Part shown: positions 46,641-63,331 of the stretch, in pieces | Layout: each line of letters opens with the position of its first letter | Position numbering within the stretch: the first letter of the stretch is position 1 | Source: Azolla caroliniana | Taxonomy: Eukaryota > Plantae > Polypodiophyta | DNA length: 64,000 nucleotides | Assembly (NCBI GenBank): GCA_043228905.1 | Contig: JBHGNT010000002.1 | Span: 9,238,001-9,302,000, forward strand | Direction: 5' to 3' | The notes under the pieces: model-generated | Seen by the model: only the letters and a program-made list of their open reading frames with translations | What the model was told of the DNA's origin: nothing | Databases searched by the model: none | Position numbers and translations under genes: made by a program

Positions 46641-49600
46641 ACCTCCACATAGCCAAACCTCAACTTTACCATTATGCTACCTTATCTTTAGTGTTCTACA
46701 AATAGATTTAATAACTATAAGTGCTTTATTTGCGCCTACCTTTATTAAAAGGTAAATCATGCATTTTTAGAGTGCGTGAATATTTTATAGAAAAACGCAA
46801 GCAACTAAAAAGTGACTCATGCACATCTAGCGTGCATGAGCACTATATTTAGCAAATAAAAGCAAGGATTAGAAAAGCATCACATGCACATTTAGTGTGC
46901 ATGAACATATGAGAAAAAGCATGTAGCTATGTTTAGTCTCTCCCATCACTATATAAGGATGGGGAGCACATTGTAGTTTTCGTTGATTATTTTTTCTATA
47001 ATGATCAATCAATCTAAAATATTCGTGGGATTCACGAATTTGCTAAAATAATTCTCTCTTACTACCTAAATATTGACTAAATATAGTAAACTCGTGGGAT
47101 TCACGAGATTCTTATCTTATAACTCTTTATACCTATTCTTTACTAGCCTTATTTGTATTTTGCTTCCTCCTAGTCCAAAACCTCGGCGGTTCCCACCCGA
47201 CTCACGCAACGATCCGGAGCCGAAAGGCACGACATCGTTGCCCTACAAAAGCGTTGAGAGTCATTACGCCATATGAGGCTTGGAATGGACATAAACCTAT
47301 GGTTAGTCATATGCGTGTGTTCGGTTGTTTGGCATATGCTCTTGTGCCATCACAACAACGTCACAAACTTGATGACAAGGCAAAGAAATGCATATTTGTT
47401 GGTTATAGTGCGGAAAGTAAGGGATATCGTTTGTATCATCCATTGACGGACACAATTATTGTGAGTCGAGATGTGGTATTTGCTGAAAATTCAGCTTTCC
47501 CTTTTCTTGAATGCAAAAAACAACCAACAATTAGCTCACAAGATGTGTTTGATACACTCATGCCTTTGTTCCAAAGTGCTGCGCTTGACCATGGACATGT
47601 AGACCAGCCAAGTGAGTCTCAAAGGGATAAAAATTTCCAGCAAATAAGTGTTGAAAATGCACGAAATGTCCAACCAAATGTGGCTGAAAATGAGCATGAA
47701 ATTCAGCCCACGCATGATGTACATATTGAAGATGTATTACATAATGAACGTATGGCTATCGAGAGGTCACAAACTATGCCGAGGTGGCTGAAACAAACTT
47801 TGCAAGATAGCAAATTGAGTGCACCTTTACTTGGTAAAACAAGATCAAGCTCTCGCCATGCATCAGGTAATTTTGTGGATTATTCTATTGTTGCAATAGC
47901 ATGTAATGAGGAGCCACTTACTTTTGAAGATGCATGTGATGATCCACATTGGATGAGTGCTATGCAATCAAAAATGGATTCCATTCATAAAAATGGTACT
48001 TGGGAGTTATGTGAATTGCCAAAAGGAAAGAATGTGATTGGTACTAGGTGGGTTTACAAGATTAAACGAAAGCCCGATGGTAGTATTGATCGCTACAAAG
48101 CTATATTGGTTGCCAAAGGATATGCCCAACAATATGGCATTGATTATGAGGAAACTTTTGCACCTACTTCACGCATGACTACCATTCGTACCGTGGTTGC
48201 ATTGGCTGCCCAAAGAGGTTGGAAAATGCATCAATTGGACATAAAAACAGCCTTTTTAAATGGTGATTTGCAAGAAGAGGTTTATGTGAAGCAACCCCCT
48301 GGATTTGCTACGAAAGAGAAAGAGCATATGGTTTGTCGCTTGCATAAGGCCTTGTATGGTCTCAAGCAAGCTCCGCGTGCATGGTATGAAAAAATCCATA
48401 AGCACCTGATTTCTCTTGGTTTCACATGTAGTCCGATTGAAAGCACACTTTATGTACGCAAAGATGGGGCTGATCTTCTAGTGCTCGTTCTTTATGTTGA
48501 TGACATACTCTTGACTGGGTCATGTGATGCAAAACTCGATTTTCTTATGGCTGATTTGCAGCATACTTTTGAAGTCACTTATCTTGGTCTTTTGAGCTAC
48601 TATCTTGGCATCCAGTTTGTATCCGTTGAGGGGGGAATGTTTATGCATCAAGGAAAGTATGTTGAAAAACTACTTCAGCGTTTTGACTTTGAGGATTGCA
48701 AGCCGGTTTATACACCTGTGGAGACAGGATTTAGGTTCTCTGTTGAGGATTCTAGTGATGCGTTTGATACTTCTCTTTATCAACAAGCTGTGGGATGTCT
48801 TATATATGCATGCAATACAAGGCCGGATATACAGTATGCAGTCTCCCAATTGAGTCGATTCATGCATAGCCCTGGCACTAAGCATTGGCAAGCAGTGAAA
48901 CGTGTGTTCAGATATCTTAGAGGCACTTTGAGCTTGGGTCTCTTTTATGGCAGAGATACTCAGCCATGCTTGCATGCTTTTACAGATAGTGATTGGGCTG
49001 GTTGTTATGATACTCGCTTTTTCTTTGGAAACTCATGTATATCTTGGTTGAGTAAAAAGCAACCTACAGTGGCGACATCAAGTTGTGAAGCTGAGTACAG
49101 GGCAGTTTTCACAGCTACAGTGGAGTGTATATGGCTAAGACGCCTTTTGATGGATCTTTGCATGGAGATTGAAGTTGCTACACGTATTCTCACAGATAGT
49201 CAGAGTGCATTGGCTGTTGCACGAAATCCTGTATTTCATGCACGGACCAAACACATTGAGGTGCATTATCACTATGTGAGAGAGCGCTTTCATGCAGGAG
49301 ATATTGATTTGGTATATGTGCCTACACAAGATAACGTGGCAGACATATTCACCAAAGCTCTTCCACGAGAAAAGTTTGAAGCTTTTCGCAAAGCTTTAGG
49401 CTTATTGCCTTGTGGGGGCTGATCTGTCACTCCTTGTACATGTTCACATCATTCGCTCCAGGGGGGTTTGTTACACTTGCGTGTTCCTCTAGTAGCTTTG
49501 ATGTGAACCATTTTCCCTATACATGGGCACTTTTTACTCTAGTGCTGGCTAGAGGTTTTTTCCCCATGTTACCACATACATGAGTCACTCATATGTGGTG

Positions 49601-51460
49601 GTACTTAGTACTTAGGGATATATATTTCAGCTCCTATTATTTTTAGGAACATTCATCAATAGAGAGCTATTCCAGCCATTGCCTTCCTTGTGTGAGTGCT
49701 TCTTTCTTTGAGCTTCTTGTGTGTTTCCCACTCTTCCTCACATACCCAACAACATTGTCCATAACATTAAAGTGAAACTCCATGGAATCTATGGTGAATA
49801 TGTAAGCACAACTGCACAAAATCTTAACACACATGATGAGACGACTAACCAAGTTGACCCCTTTGCTTTAGACCTTTTGAGACAAATGATATTAGTGTCA
49901 CCATCCCAATCACTATGAATGGAGACACCACACATGTGATTCTAGACACAAGGGCAATGGTTAGTGTCATTACTTATAGAGGCTAGCAAAAAGTAAGGGA
50001 GCCCAAAGATGTCACCAACCAAAATCAGGTTTTGGATGGAAACATCTAAGTGTAAACCCTTGATGGGATGATCAAAGACCATAATTCAAGATCTATACAT
50101 TGGAGTATAAATTCAAATTCATTTTCATATGTTTTACGAACAACATACATTAGCAGTGTTTGTTAGGTAAACGTTTCCTTAGAGTTGGTCATCTTGTGAT
50201 GGGACTTAGACAATTATGTCCTATATGAGTAAAGACACTAAAACATACCTTCAAAGCTCAAAACCGCCACCCCTAGCAATCAAGATAACAAAAAATAGAA
50301 ACTTCACCTTCTATAGTAATCAAGCGCCCTCTCAATAAAAAATAGAAATTTATAGCATGAGTCTCTACTTGTTACTAACACTCAACTTTCGCAAAATTTG
50401 TTCCGCATTTCATTTTACAAAACTCTCATTCCCATATCATGTGTATCGTAAACCACCATTCCCCCATTTTGATGCTCCTAAGGGTTCAAGCCCTCGACCT
50501 CATTGTTGAAGTAGGTAACTTTCATCACTTGAGCTATCTTCGGTTGTTGGTGTGCTTCTAATTTGTTTGGAAAATTAGAGTGAAAATGACACAAGGAGCA
50601 AGGAATGTGTGTGGTGTTAATGAAAAGGGAGAAAGAAGAATAATGAATAATGTGGATGGGAACATGGTTTATTGGTGTGGGATATAATATGCCTAGTGCA
50701 ATTGAGATAGAGAATGAATTTTCTTTTGTCATTACTAATTATATGTGGCAAGTCAAGATGTAGATGCTTGTTTTTTGCTTTGCTTCAACATTATTACCTT
50801 CAATTTCCTTTATTTTCTAACTTGCAATAGAACTCGTCATAAATTTGAGTATTTTACCATTGTTTGTAAATGTGAATTATGATATTGTTATGATTTTGAG
50901 TGTTATTCCAATAGTATATGTGTTGTAATAGCTAGTAAAATATATTACGAACGGTGACGTTGTAGCTCAAACACTTTATATTGTCTTTAGAAAAAGTGGA
51001 AAATGAAGAAGGCTTGTTTTACCTTAGGTTGTTGATATAGTTTGAAGAGTTATTCTTACTATCCTATGTTTAATTCAAGGAAGAAATTACCATTGCTTTT
51101 AACTTACAAATGTAGAACAAAACAACTTGAAAAGATACCCTAAAATTATCTTCAATTCTCTTGGGTCGTTAGTATCCTGTTTTTTGTTTTGGACAAGATA
51201 CATTCATATTCTAAATCAAGTTGTTGGAAAGTATTGGTTAAACGAGGGGTGGTGCTCTTTGAGGCAGGTGATAGAAATTCCTTATATTATGTAGTAACTC
51301 TATCAAATGTAGCAAGCAACTTAATTAGACATGCTCTTGAGATGGATAGGGTGGGAGAATTGCCTATATTATTCATGTTTATCCTTATGGCTTATCCTAC
51401 TTCTTGGGGGTTTTACTTCTAATTTTAATATATTTAATCTTGAAGTGTTACTAACAAAAA

Positions 51461-51533
51461 GGGGATGTAGCTCAAATGGTAGAGCGATCGCTTTGCATGC
51501 GATAGGTAGCGGGATCGATGCCCGTCATCTCCA
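51461..51533 (+). tRNA. trnA-UGC: tRNA-Ala (anticodon TGC)
   Basis: Full 73-nt cloverleaf: acceptor GGGGATG/CATCTCC with the G3:U70 Ala identity pair, D arm GCTC/GAGC, anticodon stem ATCGC/GCGAT, T arm GCGGG/CCCGT. Upstream CAA and a downstream T-run terminator. Confidence 0.95.
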
Positions 51534-53762
51534 CTTTCTCATTTCTTTCTTTCTTTTTAATATGCATATATTTCTTTTCCGGTGTAAGAGCCTAAATAAA
51601 GATGAATTTACTACCCTTACATTTTGTTTATGTGGCCATTTTTTTCGCTTGCATGATTAAGCCTATGAATGTTAAAGCATGCCAAAACAACTCAATGACA
51701 TAAAACGATCAAGTAGATTATTTAATTACATACACTTATGATGTCCCCAAGCATGGCTGAACTTGGAGCTCTAAAGTGAGAGGTTATGACCTTTCCCTAT
51801 TCCAACAATATTCTTGAAAGGCATATTATTAGAGTCTGAAACTTTGCTTGATGAGTAACTCTCACTCCCAAACTTCTTAAGGAGAAAAAAGATCCATTGC
51901 CAAGAAAAGTCTCATCATCAGAACCCTAACATTCATGTCTCTCCCCAAGAGAATGTGAGTTAAGTGATAGGGAAGCAATGGTGAGCAAACAAAGGGATGG
52001 GGGCCCAAACATGTATAGGTAAACTGCAATTTCACAATTTCGCCATTCATAGGCAAATATTGTCATATATAGTCTATGGATTAGTGCAACATATGTAATA
52101 TATTGTGTGAACAATATGCCTCTACATCTTTCCCACACTATTATTCATCACATTTGCAAAATCAAGGACTGATTTACCAAAGAATATAGTAAGCATCCTG
52201 AAGTAAGTATAATGAATACATTCCATCTTCCAAACCATTTCTACACATACAAATCTATCTAGAAAATACTTTGCTTTTTTGTCTCTGAAGTATTGTTTTT
52301 AAATTGCTTCACATGTAATATTATGACATTGATGTTATACACATATGCCATAACGCTTAGCTCGTGCATGATCTTAACAACAAATAATATAGTTTCAAAG
52401 AACTATGGGCATGTATGGTTTTTGTATTTGTATTGAAATAAAATTCATAAGAAATTCCTTTCAGACAAAGTAATGAGATGGTTTTCTATCTCTTGCGACG
52501 TGGACTTAGAAATGCTACCACTCGTACTTCAAACCCATAAAGTAACACTTGTCAAATAAGTATTTCTAGAGTCGTCAACATTTGATCTTTCCACCACATA
52601 TGCTTTGAAATGCACACCGTCCCTCTTTCTAGCTTCCAAGTGGCACTACTGGATGGATCTATGATGGGAGGGAACATAAAGGTGAAGGTATTAGAAGTTT
52701 TTTATTGTTTCAAGTGATTCCATATTGAATGCAATGCGTGGTTTGTGCTTATCCATATTCCTTACGACTCGTACCCTTTTGTTTTTGTTTTTATATATAT
52801 TATTACGATTTGTTAGATACAAATTATCGTCTATCAGATGAGGCCCATAGAGAGAATATGGAACTTGGTTTCTCTCAAAATTATGATTTTGTGCGGATAT
52901 GTGTTCAATGTGTATCCATATTTGGCGTGTGGCATGTGCACACGAGTCAAAAGGAAACTAATTGGTTTTAGGGAGTAACATGGATTGAAATCAATTTCAT
53001 GTGCAATGTCACGATATTCCCATTATGACGAGTTTTACCATGAGCAATTAGATCGTCATATGTAGCAAACGTGATTGTGTAGAAGTAAATAAATCCAAGG
53101 ATTTTGCTCTATTGTACCACAAATACACACACCAATATGCCACCACTACAACATCAATATGCCACATTGCCACCACTACAACATCCTTATCAACAACAAG
53201 TATAGGATTACCCTACGACAACTATGATCTTTTCTATATTATTAATGTTGGTATTTGCCTATTCATATAGTAAAATGCATGAATTGTAATCGGAAATGCT
53301 TGTACATATGGAACCACGTAGTAACTTGATTAGACTCGAAACAATACGAATTAGGCGATGTCAACTACTACCCCTCTTAACTAACTAATATAGGACGATG
53401 TAATCTGGAGCACATATATGTTGATTCCAACAATCTGATTAAGCTAAGGTGAGAATACCATGACCTCGAAGAACCAATGTGCTAAGGGAGAATACCATGA
53501 CCTCAAAGAACCAATAGAAATCAATTGTGTATAAACAGTTGGCAAATGTATATAGTAGATAAATCTAAAGCTAAAACATTTATTATATATATATATATGT
53601 ACATACATGTGTGTGTGTGTGTGAACCAACCTTCTTTATTTATATATTTGGAAACTTTCTAAATATCTTCTCTATATGTATATAAAGTGACAGAGGAATA
53701 GAGATCTTTCATATTGTTTTTGTAGAGACTTTAATCGAGTTTTGTTATTTTGAAGAAAAAAC

Positions 53763-55865
<2,103 letters not shown>

Positions 55866-57580
55866 CATGAAGACACCCATGCATTCTATTCTATGTAAAT
55901 ATTAAAGTTTGTTAATCCATATGCTATATATTGTAAGGAGGATGTCATATGCATATGCACATAAGGAGCTTAATGAGATATTACGTCCAACTTATTTTCT
56001 AAAAGGGAGATGTTGATCATTATAGCATTTGGATATTGCAATCTGAGCCTCGAGGGTAATAAATTTTTAGCATTGCCTCTCTAAGGTGTAATGTCTTTGT
56101 TTTGATATTTGACTATAACGTATCCAAAATTTCTCCCTTTCTATGTTAGGTATGTATTAAGGTTAAGAGTTATTTATTGATTAAATTATAGAATTAATTA
56201 AGGTTGGTAGTTGCAACAAGACCACAATATCGCTTCTTAAAAGATAAGATGATCCTACCTCAAATAGGGGATTTAGCCATCAAGAGAGTTGTATTGATAA
56301 TTCTACAAAAGTAATTTTTAGGATTGTGATTATGTGTTAGATTGGATTAATGCTCCAAAATAAAATTTGGGGTTAGTGTAAATTTGGTGGGAATGAGGAG
56401 TTATTATGGTCTTAAGACATAAAAATCTCTTTCATGTTTGCTACACCTTGAGGCTGAACCCTCGAAACATGTACAGGTTCAAGAGTCATCATGTTTATTG
56501 TAACACCATTTCGATCAAAAGTGAATGCTTTGGTTATATTTAATTTTGAATGGTGCTACAAGACAATGCAATTATTCTGATATGGGAATTAGGGTTCCCA
56601 TTTGTTGGAAGTAAAGAGAATTATTTATTTTATCGTAAAAGTATATCTTAGTCTTTATTGAAGCTTCTTCATTATGTGGATGGGTTTAACTAAATGTGCA
56701 ATCATGTTTACAGTAATATATTACATGCTAAAGCACAGTGTGAAAATATCCATTTTACACGTTGCCAACGACTATATCTAAACAATGTTATTCTTATCGA
56801 TTTATTTTGGATGGTAGTATTAATAAGTTGTTGCAATCACTTTAGGATAATGGGTTAAAGCCTCAAGAATCGGATTCTATGTTTGCAATCCTATGTTTGC
56901 ATGTACCGTAAAACTTCATAATGTAGTCTTTATAATATCAAATCCTTCTTAATCAATTAGTTTGATGAGAGTATGTGCCACGGTCCACAATAATGTCTTG
57001 ACTCTCACTCATATCTTCATATAGTAGTTTGATGAGAGTATATGTCAAAATGTCCCAAGAGTATGAATTTGCAAATCATTTTCAATACAGGTTGAAAATA
57101 TAGTGTTATTAACAACATCAATAGTGTATGCTTATGATGACGTGTCTTTGTTGGAGGATATCAATCACTAGAATTGGACAAAGTCTTTGTTCTTAAAGTT
57201 TACTATATGCACGTAAGAAGCATAACAACAAATATGACTTTTTAGTGACCTACATGAATGACATGTTGACCCCTATTAACGCATAGTAAGTGACATAAGG
57301 AGGCGATTTGATTCTCATAGCTAATAACAAACGAGGAGGGCAAGTGGTTTTGGTGAAGAAGCAAGTCGACCATGGGTGAGGTATTGAAGACATTCCTTGC
57401 ATTTCTTGATGCATCTATGAGTGCATAATAGAGTACGATTTGTTTAGTGGAAACCACTTCACTTGAGGGAGGCATTAGAGTAAAATGAGGCCTTGACCTC
57501 TCTAAATATCTTTGAGGATGGAAGTTTACCTAGACAAATATTCCAAACAAAATGTCCTGACATTGGTTGTAAGCATATTT

Positions 57581-57873
57581 CAATTCTCACATTAGGAAAA
57601 CCAACTTTGGTGGCCACTGTATCACTATGTGGGTTTGTACACTAGGAATCAACTTCACTAGTTCAAACCTAGTGCATTGATGTAAGAGGGTTTATTTAGC
57701 ATTAGTTCATTGGCAGGAAATTTAGGACAATTCTCACATTAGGAAAACCAACTTTGGTGGCCACTGTATCACTATGTGGGTTTGTACACTAGGAATCAAC
57801 TTCACTAGTTCAGACCTAGTGCATTGATGTAAGAGGGTTTATTTAGCATTAGTTCATTGCATGAAATTTAGGA
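57581..57873. repeat. 147-bp tandem duplication
   Basis: CAATTCTCACATTAGGAAAACC starts at 57581 and again at 57728. Confidence 0.9.
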
Positions 57874-59845
57874 AAGGTAACATTGTCCATGATAAAAAGG
57901 ATGGCTAGAAAATTCTTGAGAGGAAAACATTGAAGAGTGGTTTGCATGGAGATGACGTTAGTAAACTCACTATGCTTGGATTTTTGGGCTAGCCCTTGGT
58001 CATGTGAATATCATTACTTCTTTTTTACTCAATAGTCTAAACACGACTTGATTCTAATGAGCAACCTAGTTGCAAATATAGGAAAGCACCTTACAACAAG
58101 GAGAGATTTCTACCCATGGGGAGCAACAACTCGACCTTTCAAATACCAGAGTTTGATAATATGCTCCAATTTGGTTTCAAGAAACATTGAAAGGAAAAAC
58201 TTTCCCTCTTCAAAGACAATTCTTACGATATCTCCAATTCTTACGATATCTCCAACAACGCTTCAAAAGAATGAATCCCTATATTTATTAGCAACCCAAG
58301 AAAATTTATCTCCCAATCTGAGTGAGTTGTTACCAAAATAATATTATCATAATAGTGTCAAAGGAATTAGAGAATCATTTCATTCAACATAATTTGTAAA
58401 TGTCCACAAATGTTGATACATTTGTCACACATTTAGATTTTAAACTAGATCTACATTCAAATGTGTACAAATGGACATCAAATCTTCGTTCTTCAATGGA
58501 TACCTCAAAGGATGAGGTGTTTGTAGTGTCACCACCACATTATAGATGCCTAATTCATAAAGCAAAGCCCAAACCTTATACAAACTATTGTATTAAAGCT
58601 AGTATTGTGGGGTTTGAATAGTGCCATGTAGATTGCATCAACCACAATTGTTCATAGGATGAATCGTGGATAGGTGGGTAGTATGTCATATTCATCTTGA
58701 CATTATTAATTAAAAAAAAAAGATCTTGATGAAGGTGTGCATTTTGTAATTATATAGCTCGTGAAACTACTTTCTAGTCGATAAAATGCCTTTATGTGAT
58801 GCATATGTTATATTTTTCAAAGCAAAACGAAGGAGTTTTTTAGACATTGTTTGTAAACCTTAGGTCTGATTCAATGAAAATAGTCGAAAGGAAATAAAGA
58901 GAAGCACATTAATATATTTTGTTGTACTTAATTGACTACAAATATGTGCACATTATAGCACCCCATTAGCATTGAATTAAGATAATGGTATTATCGCCAA
59001 TCCTTGGGTTTTGGAACAATGATATGTGAGGCCATATGAAATGCAATACATAAAGAAATGTATTTACAAGCGAACTTATAGGGTGCATGACTTCAAAGCA
59101 CGAGGTTTTACCAATACAATATTTTTATATGCGTACAACATCATTTGAAGTCTCATATATTATGTATATAAGAAATTCTTTGACATTGTGCGTAACGTGT
59201 ATTAATGTCTTATTCTCCTATGGTCTCCTTACTTAATTTTTGAAGTATCAAACAACATCGTGCTTCACAAATAGTATCTCACATCTTTTAGGGGGTCACA
59301 AGTTTTGATAGATAAATATGCACGAAGTTCTGTAAACAAATTGTGTCATGCGAGAGCATAGATAGTTTGTACGTATTGTATTATCATCATTCATTATTTT
59401 AGATCCTCATAAATATATGGTGGGTCACCAGAAATGAAGGATGAAATACTTCATTACAATGATAAGCACCCAGGTCTTACATGTTTGGGTGGTAGCGTTA
59501 TGGAAGGAGAAATTCGTTTACATAACACCAACATATGTAAGACACATGCTTGAAGATACAAAGCTTACAGCTCTAGACAAAGCTTACAGCTCTAGAAGGT
59601 TTTCTCCAATGTTTAACGAAGCTCAAGATTTGGCTATGTGTTAGAATTAATGTACATATTGTAATAAATAAAAGAAATATTCTTCCATCCATCCAATTGA
59701 AGCATATTCAAAGGTGCAATGGAAGCTATGGTATAATAGATTACAATATAGCAAGGAGATGATGAAAGGGAGCTAAAGATTTTTATGGGTTTACTACATA
59801 AACGGTTTTTGCTTTGTTTAGTGCCGTGTTTTTTAACTTCCTTCT

Positions 59846-62701
59846 TTATAAAGTGCCATAGTTTATTCCTTCCCATTTCAATGAGTAAAGGACTGATTCC
59901 AGATGAGGGGGTGTCTTGAAGAAGAGAGCAACAGTAGCACACAATGCAGCCACACCCACCATCATCATCAACAATGGCCTATGCGTTCTCATGCGTACTA
60001 CACTGCATGATGAACTTTGCTTTACAAATGCCTTACAACTCCTACATGGTGGATTAGATTTGCGTATATCCTTTGCAACCTTCGGAAGCTCGATTATCAC
60101 CTCTGGATCTTCGTCATCCACAACATCTCGTGAAATCAATATATTATTCTTAGAATTTTGGTCCTGGATTGTAATGCTCACAAAGGGGGACTGCTTATGT
60201 TGTATCTTCCTCTCAATCATGTTAAGATAGGAAACATTTCCTTTGTTCCGAGCATGCCATTCAGGAGTGAGTCCTTCAAAATCATATGCAGATCTCCATC
60301 CATATAGCCCAACCTATAACAAAGTCAGAAAGATTATGTAAGTTTCCATAAAGAGACCTCTCTAAAACATGAACTTAATGCATGTTGCTTATTGGCCGCT
60401 TCTGTAAGTATTTGGTTGTTAACCCACATGCTCTTGTGCTGGCAATAAATTGGCAGAACCTATGACTTGAAATAAACTCTGGGTTATTCTTTAATTCCCC
60501 GAATGCCCCTGGATTTCCCTAAACACTCTTGTTCAAAAAACCCCAAAAAAGAGAGAAAATGGGGAGATGAACCGAAATAATCATTATCTCTGCTCAAAGA
60601 GCAATTGACCATATGATTGCTCAAAGAGCACATTCGTTCACTCCTTCAGGAACTGACTCGGGGGTGTTTGGGGAAAAAGAACAAAAACTGAGGGTCATTT
60701 GAGGATTTAAAGAAAAACGATTAGGAGTTTTCTCCCTAAGCATACCTCATATGGATCATCTGTGAGAGCTTCAAGCACATCTTCAGCACCAGACATACTT
60801 GCTGCAACATGAAGAGGAGTAAAACCTGCTGGTCCTTTCATGATTGGAGTGAAGATATTAGCACTCTTTGAACCATATCCATCTGGAGCATAATGCATTA
60901 ATAGTTCCACCATGGCCTTACTCTTCCTCTTCACAGCTTTATGAACCAGATTCACCTCTGACACCACACTCAAAACCTCATCTATTTCATTGATACCTAT
61001 ACCAAATAGTAAATCCAAGAGTTTTTTCACCACTGCACACCAGTCATGCAAAACTGCGTACTTCAAAAGCCCTTTGAACCTATACAATTCCATGTGAGGC
61101 ATACGTAGGTCCACAATTGAATATGCTGGACTAATTCCCATAGCTGTGCTCTGAAATATCCATCCCAGTTCCTGTAGAAAATTGATAGCCTCAGCTTCTT
61201 TGTTCACTTTGATTTCATCAGATAAAAATCCGTCCATGTCACTGGATTGACAAGGGGATGCTAAATCAAGTTCTTTTTCCAAAGAACGAAGCTCAGCACA
61301 TATTTCTTTGTCAGCTACAATCACAGGTAACATATTTCCCAAAAGATTATGCTCCACCTGACAAATCAATTTTACAACAAATAAATCAATAAATCCTCTT
61401 GTTATCATCACCTTGATTCAAATCTGATACAAAGTTTAAACTTCCCCCTCTAATTATTGTAGTAGTTCAGCCAATCATAGACTTAGTTTCGAATTTTCTC
61501 ACCACCATAAACCTGAACACCATATCCTACAGTTTGCTAAACTTCCCACCCATTGCAAATCTTCCAACATCAAAACCTCTTTATGATACTACTTTAAATT
61601 TTTTCTAAACTTCCCACCAGTTCAAATATTTCCACCATTGGACCTCTTTTCCAACACCATTGGATCTCTCTCCCTCTCAGACTTACCTCAATAAAACAGC
61701 GACCCAATACATTTGAAGGTCCTCCAGGAAATTGAACTCTTTGTTCATCTCTATTTTCAGAAGCTGAAAACGCCACTTCATGGAGAACATACATTCCATG
61801 GTATGCACAAACAATCCTATAACAAGGGAGAAATCAATGACGACGCAGTTGCACAAAAGACCCACATGCAATTTATAGATTGAAACCCTAAACCCTTTAA
61901 CTTACTTTGTTTCTGGAACTAAGTTGTACCCATGTACAATCAGTGTAGCTTCTTCTCCAGCTTCTACAGCTAAGGGACGGACAGATCTTATAATAGGACC
62001 AATGTCATCTCTTGAATAGCTTATTCTCTTCACTTCACCTGAACAAATCAATAAGCATAAAAACAAATTATGAAAATTCCCAGGTAACAATAAGAAGATA
62101 AACAAAATAAATATGTTACCATTAATGATCAATGCCTTTTTTTGTTCTACTTGCACTAAAATTCTCCCCTTATTCCAGAGACTAGCATGAGACAATTGCA
62201 AAAGACGTTTCAAGCTTCCCCTCAAGTCCAAAGTCAGCTGAAAGAAGAAAGCCATGATCAAAACAAAAATACAGGAAAAACTCCAAAACCACACTGACTT
62301 TTTCTTTCTTTCCCCATTGGACCTAGGTTTCCGTTATTTCTCCAAGTGCCCCAGGTCAACATCCAAAAAAGAAAACAGAATTCATGAATTGAACCACATA
62401 CAATTGAGACAAAGGTGATGATTGAACATATAACTGCTTGAATGGTTGACAAAGGCATTTGAGGAGATACCAAAAACTTAGGGGCAATTCTAGGATATAA
62501 CGAGAAACTGGAAATTTGGAGATTTCACAAAGGAAAAAATTCTAAAACCCTAAAAACCAAGAGACACTATGTATGCATACATTAGAAGTTTACCTCTTTC
62601 CATGACCAATGTGGCATTGAAAGAAATACAGTAAGGAGAATGCAACCAGGCCGCATATATTCTTCCATGAAGCAAGGAGTCACAGAGAGCCATTCTTGGA
62701 G
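59846..62701 (-). CDS. SPL: SPL1/12/14-type SQUAMOSA promoter-binding-like protein, 3' portion; exons 62594-62701, 62120-62237, 61906-62038, 61687-61816, 60746-61357, 59846-60313
   Basis: Motifs WLS..P..ME.YMRPGCILLTV, GRCFIEVE, DWCAVVKKLL, ankyrin-like GPAGFTPLHVAA and C-terminal TM RPLLMMMVGVAALCATVALFFK..P...LKWE.INYGT. All junctions are GT-AG and phase-consistent. The SBP domain is not seen in the window. Confidence 0.9.
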
Positions 62702-63331
62702 CTGTTCACATAAACAAAAATGAAGTAATTACTACCAAACCTATCAATTCCTCCTCTAATACAAACTCTAATTATTACCAAAACCATCATACAATCCCTC
62801 CTTTCTACATATACTTGTACCGCAAAAGTATCATACAATCTCTCCTTTGTACACATAAAATTTTGCCTAAATGGTTAAAAAAGTTTTGAGTTACTAAGGT
62901 TGGTTATTCTGGAATATAAAGTTGGAAGTCTCTCTAGATGGAGTTTCAATGGCCTTATCTATTGGGCTATCCATGATGGGGATGTTCAGAAATCTTAGTT
63001 CCACCATTTTCGAGTAAGAATCTCTATCAACCAAATTTGTTCAAGCTTTTATGGTTTTATTTTTCTTTATCATATCATCATTTTTGTTCAAGCTTTTACT
63101 TTATCTCTTTCAATCGCCTAACTCCATTAGATAAAGGCTATTACCAGGCAAATCCAAAGGCGACTTCCTCATTTCAATGGTCTTTCCATATTGGACCATC
63201 TCATGATGCTGCTGATCACTCATTTTATTTCTATTCATCAAGCATCTCTCACTATCATTTACATTAGCTTTTACTTTATTATTTTATTGTTTAGGTAAGT
63301 TAAGTTTGCTTCTGTTTTCTCTCCTTTTGTT

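Larger units (their letters stand above)
41147..47234 (+). mobile_element. Solo LTR (about 721 bp: 41147-41278 + 46646-47234) inserted in copia C and itself split by copia B
   Basis: Termini TGTCGT..ACGACA, 4-bp TSD TCGT (41143-41146 and 47235-47238), TATATAA near 46950 and no coding capacity. Orientation is inferred from the TATA box. Confidence 0.8.
39080..49422 (+). pseudogene. gag-pol polyprotein of copia C; join(39080..41146,47239..49422)
   Basis: Removing 41147-47238 restores ...ANYVLNR-CPTKALRVITPYEAW in frame. Motifs: CKYCRKVGHTIEEC, WFFDSGA, HSDVCGP, LYVDD and FTDSDWAG. There is a short in-frame deletion in RNase H (DTR|FFFG). Confidence 0.93.
38511..49751 (+). mobile_element. Full-length Ty1/copia element C (young), interrupted in integrase by nested insertions
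   Basis: 283-bp LTRs at 38511-38793 and 49469-49751 (1 mismatch seen), TSD ACATT, PBS TGGTATCAGAGC at 38795-38806 and PPT at 49460-49466. Confidence 0.96.

Noticed and set aside
51331-51660. 109-aa ORF spanning the tRNA
   Set aside because: Chance ORF in AT-rich DNA overlapping a well-formed tRNA-Ala gene.
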